A DNA stretch of 63,887 nt, counting the filler, from Octopus bimaculoides (taxonomy: Eukaryota): the NCBI RefSeq assembly GCF_001194135.2. It is 6 parts of 4 records of this genome, joined end to end, with 100 filler letters (N's around TTAATTAATTAA, not from the genome) between each part and the next. Parts side by side here need not be neighbours in the genome. Positions count along the whole stretch, not along the records: positions 25,551 to 48,001 come from NC_068985.1; positions 48,102 to 56,736 come from NC_068985.1; 4 more parts are not named here. The stretch is one strand, 5' to 3'. Both the position numbers and the translations under genes were made by a program. Within the stretch, counting starts at the first letter, position 1; every line of letters begins with the position of its first letter. The notes beneath the pieces are model-generated. The model did not search any database, had not been told where the DNA came from, and worked only from the letters and a program-made list of their open reading frames with translations. This document shows, piece after piece, positions 38,801-50,850 of this stretch.

Positions 38801-39581
38801 AACCTGCTAGTGTGAGTCACGACAGAGAAAAATCAAGAAAACGTAGTCGATATTAAATGTATTGTTCAGAAAATAACCAATGCTTGCAGAAGAAACACAG
38901 CCTGGCTCCTCATCTCATTTATAATCTTTTGTGACTTATTTCTTGTTGCTACTTTTCAACTGAATTAATGCTCAGAAGCCGAGTGTACTCATTATTTATC
39001 GTGTTGATTAATTCAACCTGTTTTATAATTTTATATAGACTTGAATTTTACTTTATCATTACCTTAGAACAAATTGTATATCAAATTATCTGAAGTTATC
39101 TAATGTTCGACAATGAGTCTTTGAATTTTCCATTCATTTGATGAAGTCTATTACCGTTACGCTTGTAACATTTTTAAAAACAGCGTTATAAGGGGTCACA
39201 ATGACTGTTTATAGCGCAGGTCAACATTGTATTTTGGGGGGGATCGTATTTAGTGGGTTAATTGAATTATTAGTGTACTTTAATGAGAAGTATCAAAATA
39301 ATTCAAAATTATGTGGGATCATGCAACAGGGAATGAATTTAAACTTCGGCAACACAAATATACTGGTAACGCTGAACATGCTTAGGTCTTGTTAGTTGTC
39401 TCCAGCTAACAGAACCAGTATTTACAAGCTCAAAGGGAACTGAGAAATGCAAATATTTTGAATGAATGAACATCGATTGACTAGACAACTTAACATAATA
39501 GCTAGTGCATACATCCTAGCGACTTTTTGTGCATGAAGAGTATAGGGTTGAGTGTATATATGTGTGCGAACGTGTATGTGA

Positions 39582-39614
<33 letters not shown>

Positions 39615-39964
39615 TGTGTGTGTGTGCACGTAAGCGTGTCTTTCTGACATATTAAGGTTGTGAGCCAAAAATATTCTATTCATAAAAATGACAAAACATG
39701 TTATGGTAGCGAGTTAGCCTTATACTTAGCGGTGTTTCGTCGTCTTTACGTTCTGAGTTCAATTTCCGCCGAGGTCGTCTTTTGCTCTCATCCTTTTCGA
39801 GGTCGATAAGATACGTAGCAGTTGAGCAATGAGGTCCATGTAATCGATTTAACCCTTCCCTTGAAATTGCAGCCTTGAGCCAAAATTGCAAAACATGTTT
39901 CTATAAGTATCAATTACATATCGTTTAGACTTTATTTTGACACTGACGTTATTTCACTTGGTAT

Positions 39965-40274
39965 GTTGTTGTTGTTGTTGTTGGCACTCCGTCGCTTACG
40001 ACGTCGAGGGTTCCAGTTGATCCGATCAACGGAACAGCCTGCTCGTGAAATGAACGTGCAAGTGGCTGAGCACTCCACAGACACGTGTACCCTTAACGTA
40101 GTTCTCGGGGATATTCAGCGTGACACAGTGTGACAAGGCTGACCCTTTGAATTACCGGCACAACAGAAACAGGAAGTAAGAGTGAGAGAAAGTTGTGGTG
40201 GAAGAGTACAGCAGGGTTCGCCACCATCCCCTGCCGGAGCCTCGTGGAGCTTTAGGTGTTTTCGCTCAATAAAC
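39965..40274 (-). mobile_element. 5'-truncated SINE family C with 11-bp TSD
   Basis: TSD tcacttggtat at 39954-39964 and 40275-40285; (CAA)n tail. Confidence 0.92.
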
Positions 40275-40840
40275 TCACTTGGTATAATTTCTATTTAAAC
40301 CATCGCATTGTTCCAAGTTAATGAAAATTATGTCATGATATTGTAATTATAGAAATTAACACTACATAATCTATATTTTAATGGTCACTATCTATCTACA
40401 AACGTGTTTGGGATTAGTGTCAGCGTTATTATTTTACAGCATAAAACAGAGACATCATATGTTTCAACAGTTTTATTAACAAGCGCAAAAAGGATATAAT
40501 GTAACAGTTGTTATAAATGTGATTGATACGTGTCACGAATATGAATTCAAAATCATTAGAAAGAAATAGAAATTAAGTTACAGCATTATGTAGTAAAATA
40601 GTCATTTTTATAATGCGAAAGGATTCATATTGGTTCAATCGATACAATAATGATTTTAATGCAGTAAAATAAAGTACAACTGAAGATGAATCGCCTGGTA
40701 TTAAACTAATTTCTGGTTAATGGTCTATATATTTTTAGCAAAATTGCAATTTAATATTTTTAAAATAACAAATTTAAAGGTAGAAGCAATTTTTATTCCT
40801 TGGATTAAATTATTTTGCTTCCCTTTACAAACGAAGAATT

Positions 40841-42365
40841 TCATTTCTTATTCCTTGGATTACAATTGGTTGTCGCACACAAAGAATGTGATTGAATGAG
40901 AGATTTAATTGCCATGTCCTTTACTGAAACTCTGTCAACTTTGCCATTCAACAATTTGGGAAATTTATCGAACTGTACCATATAATCAGGGTTTGATGAT
41001 ATATAATCAAAATCGTTTGGCTGTGGAAGGTTTTCCCTGCAGAACTGAAGAATATTTTTCTCATCAAATTTTTTTCCAGATTTCATAATGACACAAGCAC
41101 AAGCTTTTAATTCAAGTTCTTCATCTGGCACAGGGACAAGAATGACGTCATCTATATCTGGGTGACGTTTCATATGCTGCTCAACAAATACAATTGATAT
41201 TTTTCTGGTTTCTTTCTGAATGAACTGAACATCTCTGCCAACCATAAATATTTCCTTATTTTCATTCATTTTACATATGTCTCTTGTCTTAAACCATCCA
41301 TTTTGTTGAACAGATTCTCCATCAGTGGTTATTTTTGTGCACCATTTACTCCGAATGCATAAATAACCTGCTTGACCGATGTCGACAATGCGGTCTTTAT
41401 CATCCACAATTTTTGCTTCAATATTAGGATATACTCGTCCAATTATTCCAGGAACATAATCTCCGATATTTTGCTTCGTTACTAACACTGTTCCAATCAG
41501 TAAAGTTTCAGCACTTGATAAATGATAGTCAATCAACGACACCCAGTTCAAACCTTGTTTAACCGCGTCAAAAGAAGCTATATCACCTCCTGTCATTATG
41601 TTAGGTGCAACATTTTTCCCTTCCGTACAGTAACGTAAATCTGACGGGAGTATATTCAACCAAGTGCAACCCTCTATTTTCGAGAGATCTCTCAATTTAG
41701 AAAAATCTTTTGGGCAGTGTATGCTACGTATATCTGCGGTGACATATTTACATCCAACTGCGATAAACGTGAAAGGGTATGATCCTCCAAAGCCAAAATA
41801 CCGTTCATTGAAAACTGCATCGTCCGCAGTAAAATTATGTAGATCGCAAAACATCTCCGAACAATTAATAATATCAAAGCTACTATGAGTAACTCGCTTA
41901 GGTTTTCCTGTTGATCCAGATGTTTGTGCAATAATTGTGATATCTTCAGGGTCTACTTGAGGAATAATTATGTTCAGATCGTTCTTTGCCGTTTCTTTCA
42001 TTTCATCTAAAGATAAACCTTTAATTTCTGAATCTGTGTTTGCAACAGTAATAGCAAGACGCAATTTTGGGAAAGTTTCACTGATTACAGTGCCATCTTC
42101 TAAGATATTTGCTACTTTAAGTAATTTGTTGTAAAATGTTGGCTCTGAGCCAAAAATTACTGCAACACAATCTTCTAGCATGGGTAAGAAATCGGCTTGT
42201 CCAACAAACAGTCTCACTGAACACCCTCCTGCCATCATAATGCCGCTGTCATATGCTATCCACTCAATACAGTTTGATACACAGAGGGCAATTCGATCAC
42301 CTTTCTTGATTCCTTGCTTGACAAGGGCTTTTGCAACACTCTCTGTTTCATCATAGAGTTGTTTC
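40841..42365 (-). CDS. Acyl-CoA synthetase (ACSF2-like/ANL superfamily) exon 2
   Basis: Acceptor tcttttcttgtaaag|G at 42365 extends the 465-aa ORF by 42 codons (KQLYDE...GIKKGDRIALC...). Motifs: QTSGSTGKPK (AMP-binding P-loop), GWFKTRD, VGR, PKLLNGKVDR. Spliced product 581 aa. Confidence 0.92.
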
Positions 42366-43224
42366 CTTTACAAGAAAAGAAAAAAAATAATATAATGCAT
42401 GATGAAATTTTCTATAAATATAGTTTACAAATTCTATCAAAAATGATTTAGCTGTTAGATATCGAATGAATATTTACGTAATAAATATTAATTGAGTGTA
42501 GAATTATTTTGATGTGATGGTTATGCCTTAAGCAAATGGAATGAAATAAATCCGAGTGGAGTTAGATGCAAAAGTGAGAAGTTTAGCTGGCGATTCTCTG
42601 TGGGATCTACTTTTTATCTACAGCATTTGCTTTCTAAGAACTACTAATTTTTGGTGAAGGGTGCATTTTCTAATCGTAAGAAATAAACGAATTATACTTC
42701 ACCCTAAAATATTATTATTTAAATAATTCTAAAGTAACCTGCAAATTTCGACTTATTTTAAATCACTTGGTATCAATTAATGTCATTGTTGTATGTAATC
42801 GATCTCTATAACAATAACATCTCAGCTAAATCATTATTTTCCATCAAGTAAAAAACAACTTTATTCATACTATGGCAGGAGGTTTGTCTAAAGAAGGATG
42901 TAGCTGAATAGAGCGCGTTACAGGCTTTTGAGTTTTAGACTAACATAGAAATTGAAAACCACGATGCAGAAGGCTGAGGTAGTTTTTCAATACTGAACTC
43001 AAATTGACTAATACCTCCAAGCTTTGTTTATTCAAATTTTCTAATGGTCAAAAGGAAATACACTGACGTCCTAAATGGTAGAATTATGTCTCTAACTTAC
43101 GTAACCTGAGATAGCTCCAACACACGGAAATTCTTTCCAATCGAAAGTAGAGATAGAAATCAGTCTTTGAAGAAAAGAATAAGAAAAAGACAGAGATTGT
43201 CGAAATTGGGAAAATAACACATAC

Positions 43225-43445
43225 CTTGTGAAACTTGACCTTTGGAGTTTGCTGTCATAGAAAACTATTGCGTCTTTTTCTGGATCTTCGATAGCAAACT
43301 GACGTATTTTTTCTGGAATAGTGATAAAGTTGAGCGGGTGCTTGGATGGTGTGTGACAGTAACTTGCCATTTCGCTTAAGGTTTGAACTTTCCAAGGACA
43401 AATTTTATTTTGTATGGTAAGCTGTTGATCAGAATTAAGTGCCAT
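43225..43445 (-). CDS. Acyl-CoA synthetase (ACSF2-like/ANL superfamily) exon 1
   Basis: MALNSD...MASYCHTPSKHPLNF...DPEKDAIVFYD...SFT(R); donor AG|GTATGT at 43225/43224, phase 2. The true start could be the second Met. Confidence 0.85.
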
Positions 43446-45008
43446 TCATAATTAAATATTTGAACCGACCAGTTCTACTTTATAAATGCAATTGTTTGAC
43501 AAAAATAAAAGAAAATCTGTTATAATTGTGATAATCGTTTGAAAAAGCATCCTAAACGACTGGATAATTTACGGTAGAAAAGCCTCAAAGTGTATGTATA
43601 ATGTTTCTATTCATCGTATACTATCTATAAATACGGATCTATGTGGAGGAAAACATTTGTATGTATTTATTATTTTAACTTTTAGGTATTTATTTGAATA
43701 CATCAACCTTTCAAGCATATTGTGTTTCTGTTGAATCTTATTCCGAGTGCTTGATCCTGAGCAGCAAGGATCAAGCAATCAGAAGCCAACTAAACCCTAT
43801 TTAGAATGTGTGGCGAAAGAGAAGAAACGTTTGTAGTCTCTGACTGTAAATGCTTGTTCAGATAGTTTGCAAATAATTGGCACAAAATTACTCCAATCGT
43901 ATTATTCGCTAATCCGTAACATATTTGCGTTTAAACAAGTAAGAAAAATCATACGACCATGAAATAGAACACGTCCTTGGAAACAATCACTTAAAGTTAC
44001 TATAAGATGTGAAAATCAAACAGACAGACAAAAGTGCATTCAAAAAATTTCCCTCTTTATCAAAGTATACTTTACTTTCCTACCCGATGGCTTACAACAT
44101 AAAACTAGCACTTGAATCTTATTCATTCATCTTTTTTGATAATCTTCTGAAGCATAGAATCATCTGCAAATATTTTTATTCTGATGAATTTTTATAGGGA
44201 TCAACGAAATCCATCGGAGAACACCGCTAGTGACTAGAAATCAATACGTGAGTATATATATCTTATTATTTTTAATCTGCAGAAATTACAAAAAACCGAG
44301 AGTTTCTGCGCGGATCTTCTCAAAGTTTGATAAATGACATGTAGGAAACTTCTCGGCGTTTGAATCACTTTGTAAATTCTGCCGTTTAAAAATGATACGT
44401 ATATTATGCATAGATCATATATGTAGCTTATATATATATCATATAGTTATATACATATATATATCTATGAATGGTTACACACACATACATATATGAATGT
44501 ATCTATATATACGTGCTGTCTTTAATTGTATAAATATAACAAATTACATATATTTACATTATTCTAATACACACACACATATACACATATATATAATACA
44601 ATATAATTAATAAAACAGAGTATAATTTAATATGTATGTATATAATTATGTGTGTGATTGCATAATGGTGGGCGAAATGAAGAGAGGAAAACTCGCAAAG
44701 AAGAAATGAACTGACGAATATTCAGATAACTTTTTAAAGCAACTTTTAAAACAAAGATTAATTGGTTTAGAACTTGATTGCAAACTAGGTGAGAAAAATT
44801 AAATTTAAATCAGTTAAGCATGTTTTAATGCAATATTTAAAAAAAAATTAAGAGAAAATTGTCAAAAAATTTATTGTACTCACATTTTTATCTTCGAATA
44901 TTTTCTCAGGCGGAGCAGAAAGGTTATCTGAAGAAGACACTCTTGTAACTGTATCTATTCTAAGAAAAAGGTCTTATATATATGTATATGTTGACACACG
45001 TGCATATG

Positions 45009-45040
<32 letters not shown>

Positions 45041-45119
45041 GGTAGGTAGGTAGGTAGGTAGGTAGGTATGTGTGTATGTGTATGTATGTATGTATGTATG
45101 TATGTATGTATGTACGTAC

Positions 45120-45164
<45 letters not shown>

Positions 45165-45756
45165 CATGCATTCATATGCACACACACCTTCAGGATAATG
45201 TCACGTGATCCATTCATATAGCTAGATAACTCATTATATTTTGAAGTGATTAAATATGCATTGTTACATTTGTTGACAAAGTTCTCGATTCATATCCAGT
45301 TATATATAAACCTCTATTTTGTGTCTGCTCAATGTGCGTGACTGCATTCGAATGAATACGCTTTTCTTTTCTTCTAAACTTGAAAGAGTTTGTGATTTCA
45401 TTCGTAATAATGATTTACTCAACAATTAAATATTCAGGGTAGCTTTGCATTTGGTGGTAATAATTAAGTAAGAGTCAAAAACTTTTAATTCGTGTAGTGC
45501 TAAAAAATACCAAGAGCTAAGAAAGGGTCTGTAATGTGAAGTGGCGGTGGTGGTGGTGGTGGTGGTGGTGGTGTGTATGAAGCAAGATTAAATTTGAATA
45601 TATAGGGTAGTTGTTTATTTCAGTTATGTCATCTACGGCACGTGATGAATTTCGACATAACCTACATGTCTTAGACAAAGAATATGATGGGAAAATCTGC
45701 TATACTTTTTGTTAATACTTAATGAGTTATGTTATTTAGTATTTAGTATTCTAACC

Positions 45757-46145
45757 GTGGAGGCGCAATGGCCCAGTGGTTAGGGCAGCGGACTCGCGGT
45801 CATAGGATCGCGGTTTCGATTCCCAGACCGGGCGTTGTGAGTGTTTATTGAGCGAAAGCACCTAAAGCTCCACGAGGCTCCGGCAGGGGATGGTGGCGAA
45901 CCCTGCTGTACTCTTTTACCACAACTTTCTCCCACTCTTTCTTCCTGTTTCTGTTGTGCCTGTATTTCAAAGGGCCAGCCCTGTCACACTTTGTGTCACG
46001 CTGAATATCCCCGAGAACTACGTTAAGGGTACACGTGTCTGTGGAGTGCTCAGCCACTTGCACGTTAATTTCACGAGCAGGCTGTTCCGTTGATCGGATC
46101 AACTGGAACTCTCAACGTCGTAAGCGACGGAGTGCCAACAACAAC
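45757..46145 (+). mobile_element. Full-length SINE family C with 12-bp TSD (1 mismatch)
   Basis: agtattctaacc 45745-45756 / agtattctatcc 46146-46157; head tggcccagtggttagg...gtttcgattcc. Confidence 0.92.
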
Positions 46146-46168
46146 AGTATTCTATCCAGACACCTATG

Positions 46169-46227
46169 TTTTCGGCATCTAATTTTTCCGGCATCTAATT
46201 TTCCGGCATCTAATTTTTCCGGCATCA
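46169..46227. repeat. 19-20-bp minisatellite, about 3.5 units
   Basis: ttccggcatctaatttt repeated. Confidence 0.9.
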
Positions 46228-47249
46228 TTTGAGATATCTTCTGCATGTAATCTAGGTAAATAGCAAAGTATAGTCGTGAATTTTACAGCCCGAGTAGACA
46301 TTTCGATAAAAGAACACAACTAATCTGCTATCAATGTTTTGCTATACGACTCAGTAGAATGGTGGTCATGATATATCTTAGCCGTCACTTCAAAGCGAAT
46401 ATGACCTGATAGATTGTGCCACGCTTTTGCAAGTTGTTTTAGTGCTTATATAGACGTGAACAGACATAGATATCCCTCTCAGTCTTCTTGCTCTTGGCCC
46501 AGTGGTACATTGAGGATGTAACAACTGTTCGGAGAGAGTACTGCACCAGCAGTCAGATTGATACTACTTTTCAGCTGAGTAGACTGGAGCAGTATGTTAT
46601 GATGTACTTTGCTCAAGGGAACAAGACACCACGAGTCGCAGGAATCAAACCTACGAGTATGACATATTGTCAAACTAACTGCAATTTTTAGTTATCCTTC
46701 GTTAGACTCTGTATTAAAATCCCATTATGCATCATGGCCACTTTTATTTTCATCTTTTCATGATTAACCTCAACACATTTCTAGATCTTTGTCAATATAA
46801 GATATCAATATTTAAGGCGGCGAGTTGGCAGAATCGTGAGCACTCCGGAGAAAATTGCTTATCGGCATTTTGTCCGTCATTACGGTCTAAGGAAGTTCAA
46901 ATTCTGCCGAAGCCGACTTTGCCTTTCATCCTTTCAAGATCGATAAAATAAATATCAGCTGAACTTATTCTTATCGATGTAATCCATTTACTTCATCCCC
47001 GAAATTGCTGGCCTTCTGCCACACTTTGAAATCAATATTAGATATCAATACATAATTTGTAAATTTGCTCTTGGTTTATAAAACGAAAAGTACCAGTCAA
47101 AACACTGCTGACCATTCTAACGTCTTCATCTTATCTTCGTATATGTAGCCTTGTGAAATCAATATAAAATCAATACAAGTATATAAGATGGCAACATGTA
47201 ATTTTGAATATCTATATCATCAAGCTTGTGTCAACCAAAACTGTTTATT

Positions 47250-47962
47250 GTAATCTCCTTAAAGTAAGATATCACGTGAGAACTGTGATTGTTAAACCTT
47301 TCCTATCACTCATCAACACTGGTAATCAGGTAGGAAAATGTCTATTGACTATAAGAAAAGGCCAACCACTCAATATCTCCTCTGATGAATCATTATTTGA
47401 CATTTTTCCTACTTTGGAACAAGTTTATGTCTGGAGACGGCGCACAGAAGCCTTCGGCTGTGACAGTGTGGCTTCTATGAAAGAGCATGGAGATAGTTCT
47501 GTGATGATTTAGGCTGCTAAATCACGAAATTCTCTTGGTCAATTAGTTGTTCTACATAGTAAAGTCAACGCCAAGTTTCATCTAAGGATTTTAGTGAATT
47601 TTTTCCCGTCCTCTGATACAAACAGTGTTCTCTAGTGGTTGTAAAAACTTCCAGGACAATAACGCACCGTTTCACAAGCCTGTTATTCAAAACTGGTACG
47701 AAAAGCACAAAAGTGAAGTAAGCCACTTAGATTGCAAGAATGACCGGTTCTCAGTATAAGGATATATTTTTGAATGTCATTGACAGGGCTAAAGCAGGTT
47801 GTACTTGCAGAACGGCACGAAATCCCCCATCAACCAGTCAGAACCTGTATGAGTCACTTCATTGACGAATTAAGGTTGTGATTAATGTCAAAGTTTGACC
47901 AATTCCGTATTAATAAACTACTATTCGATAAGTTGTTTCGATAATTTTGTCGACTTTCTGTA
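47250..47962 (+). mobile_element. Tc1-like transposon remnant
   Basis: SSDESLFDIFPT...VYVWRR...KEHGDSSVMI* and FQDNNAPFH; Tc1-type right end ataattttgtcgactttctg-ta at about 47940-47962. Confidence 0.8.
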
Positions 47963-48699
47963 TGCATTATGTATATATTATGTATGTATATATATATATA
48001 TNNNNNNNNNNNNNNNNNNNNNNNNNNNNNNNNNNNNNNNNNNNNTTAATTAATTAANNNNNNNNNNNNNNNNNNNNNNNNNNNNNNNNNNNNNNNNNNN
48101 NAGTGGCAAATAGCCCGAAAAGGACGGAGGAAAAGGAGTAAAAATAGAACCAAACCAAATGCAAACACCAACAAAGCAGGGAGATATACATCTCCCGAAA
48201 CCATCGTCTCCAAACTTACCACAATCAACATCAACACCACAAGAACACATACAGAAAACATGCTCACAGCAATAGACACTACAAACACAGAATTAATGAA
48301 CTACATAAATACAAAAACATAACAAAAAACATCAAAACAAACAACCACCCATACACGACGCCACCTAATCATATAAAAATTTACCATATCACGCCAACAT
48401 TACACCACACTTTAAAATCCCTCTACCCCAATGCGGTAGGGGGATGCCGAAAATATTTAGCCAAGAAACTTTACAGCACCCTCCTTAAGGAATATTCAAA
48501 GGAAAGAACAACCGAACTTTCGAACGGTAAGTAATTTTCTGCTTCTTTTTAAGCAGAGCGTTACTTGCGTTAAGTTCGTAAATAATTTTTTTCAATTAGT
48601 GACATTAATGCCCGAGGTTACCGTGGTCTTTTCGTAGGTTTTTCTTTCCACGGATAACCTCCCCATTTCTTGGGATATTTTTTTTACATACCCCAAACG

Positions 48700-48809
48700 T
48701 TTTCGATACCTGTTGATCGTTATCCCCATTTTTTCGCGTCCCATCGAAAAGAAAAACTCTACATTGTATTTGTCCCATCTATGTTGAGCCCTGTGTGGCT
48801 AATAAAGAA

Positions 48810-48811
<2 letters not shown>
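48700..48811 (+). mobile_element. LINE-like 3' terminus abutting (TCTA)n
   Basis: cgaaaagaaaaactc...ttgtccc.tctatgttgagccctgtgtggctaataaagaaa; reverse-complement copies at 57781-57935 and 57968-58030. Confidence 0.65.
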
Positions 48812-48866
<55 letters not shown>

Positions 48867-49336
48867 GCTATCTATCTACATATCTATCTGTCTGTCTGTG
48901 TATCTATCTATCTATCTATCTATCTCTCTCTATATATATTTGTCTGTCTGTCTGTTTGTCTACCCATCTATCTATCTATCTATCTCTGCTTGTCTGTCTG
49001 TCCATCCGTCCATCCACCCCACCCATCCATCCATCTATTTATGTATTATGTATGTACATACGTATGTATGTACATACGTATGTATGTATCTATCCATTTG
49101 TATGTATGCATGTGTGTGCGCGAGCGATGTGTGTGAATGTACAGTTATTGTATATCGAGGAAAAATGGAGGCAGTTAGAATTAACTGCTCTTCAAGGTAA
49201 GAATTAAAATCAAAATGATAATGACAAATATAATATAATAAAAGTGAGAACTAATTTCTGTGTGTCAGTGTGACACACTTTGACCCCCTCCCTCACTATT
49301 CAATGACACTTCTACTATTCCTCATGCTGGGGTAAC

Positions 49337-49391
<55 letters not shown>

Positions 49392-50404
49392 NNNNNNNNN
49401 NGAGAGAGAGAGACAGAAATAAAATGAGTGGGAGAGAAAGAGAGACAAAGAAATGTAGGGAGAGTTGATGTTTTATTAAAAGTAGTAGTGCTGACGATGG
49501 CAGTGAGAGTAATAATAAGAGAGACAGAATGAGTGGGTATGCAAGAGAAAGAGGGAGATGATGTATAATTTTGTTTAACCATGTCTCTTTGACATAAATT
49601 CTTGTGGCCAACATACTGAAGTCTTATATTTTTGCTTTCTTTAATACATACACACACACATATAAAATCCACTTTAAACATATTAAGCATATCTAATATA
49701 ATTAATGTGAATGCCAGTGTGTCATACTTTTCAAATTACTCTAATTCGGTTGTGTTTTTATTTTAAGTTCATTCTCGGTCAAGTAAATGAAGCACACAAG
49801 ACAATCATCCCGTCTTATATTTTGCAGACAGACTATATTTTGCACTTCACTTTAACGGTTTTTCCATAGTGGAATGTCACATACTCGTTACTTTGTGCTA
49901 TTTCTATCAAGACAATTGATCATGCTGAAGCACTCTTGCTTGATATTATTTGGCAATGCTTTGAGAATATAAAAAAAAATTAATGTAAAGTATTTTTGTA
50001 ACAAGCAAAATTCGATTAACAATAAATATTGCCATTGGAGACGTCTGAAATGACATCTAATATCCTTCGGTCCTAAACATTCAACAATGTCTACAGTGAG
50101 TGTTGAGAAAACCTTTCTGAAATAATTCAGTAAAAATAGATAAAGTGGATCAACATTTTAGAATTAGGTATTTGGCTCTAGAATAAAGTTCTTCACCATA
50201 ATCTCTCTAAAGACACACATATATATATATATTTATATACACAAAAACACAAAAGGTATTGGTATCTAGAAGACACAAAGAGTGGTAGGTGATACTAAGT
50301 AAGTGCTAATGACAGACCATAGTTAAACTCCCGGTTCGATAGTGATACGAATGAGGAGTTGAATGTGGGTCTTGTATTAGCATGCATATATATATATATA
50401 TGAC

Positions 50405-50850
50405 AAAACTTATAACAAAGTCAAGGATGTGAGGAGTTTTCAGGACATTTATAAGGAAAAATATATAGTCTTACAGCTGTTTCTGGGATATTCAGAGACG
50501 ATGTGAGATGGTTAGATAGAGGTAATTGTTTGAGTTCGAAATAAGGAATTATTATGGAAAAGGAGGAGACAGGGAAAGTAGAGGGAAATAAGAGAATGAA
50601 ATTAGAAATAACATATAAAATATTGTAGTTTCAGTTTCATTATTTGAGTAAAGTGGTGTATAGAAGTGGTAAATATGTTTCGTGTACATGGTATGTAGGA
50701 TCCGGTAGTAGTTCGTGCTTAGTCATTTCAAAGTATGGAGCCATGTATTCTGTGTTGCCCATTCGAATGGGCTGTAAAACTATATCTCTTTTCTTATAAA
50801 TGTCCTGAAAACTACTCACAGCCTTGGATGTGTTATGTGTTTATGTCTAA
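50405..50850. repeat. Inverted-repeat-bounded element with truncated hammerhead
   Basis: 50420-50470 is the reverse complement of about 50777-50830; GTCT-CTGA..GAAACAGCTGTA-AGAC on - at 50499-50468. Confidence 0.7.

Noticed and set aside
44181-44220. CTGATGA...GAAATCCATCGGA hammerhead-like motif
   Set aside because: No stem I partner, unpaired stem II closure, G at position 16.1; could be a very old relic but is not supportable
45757-45835. tRNA-Arg-like sequence with A and B boxes
   Set aside because: No complete cloverleaf or acceptor stem; it continues into a SINE body with TSDs, so it is a SINE head
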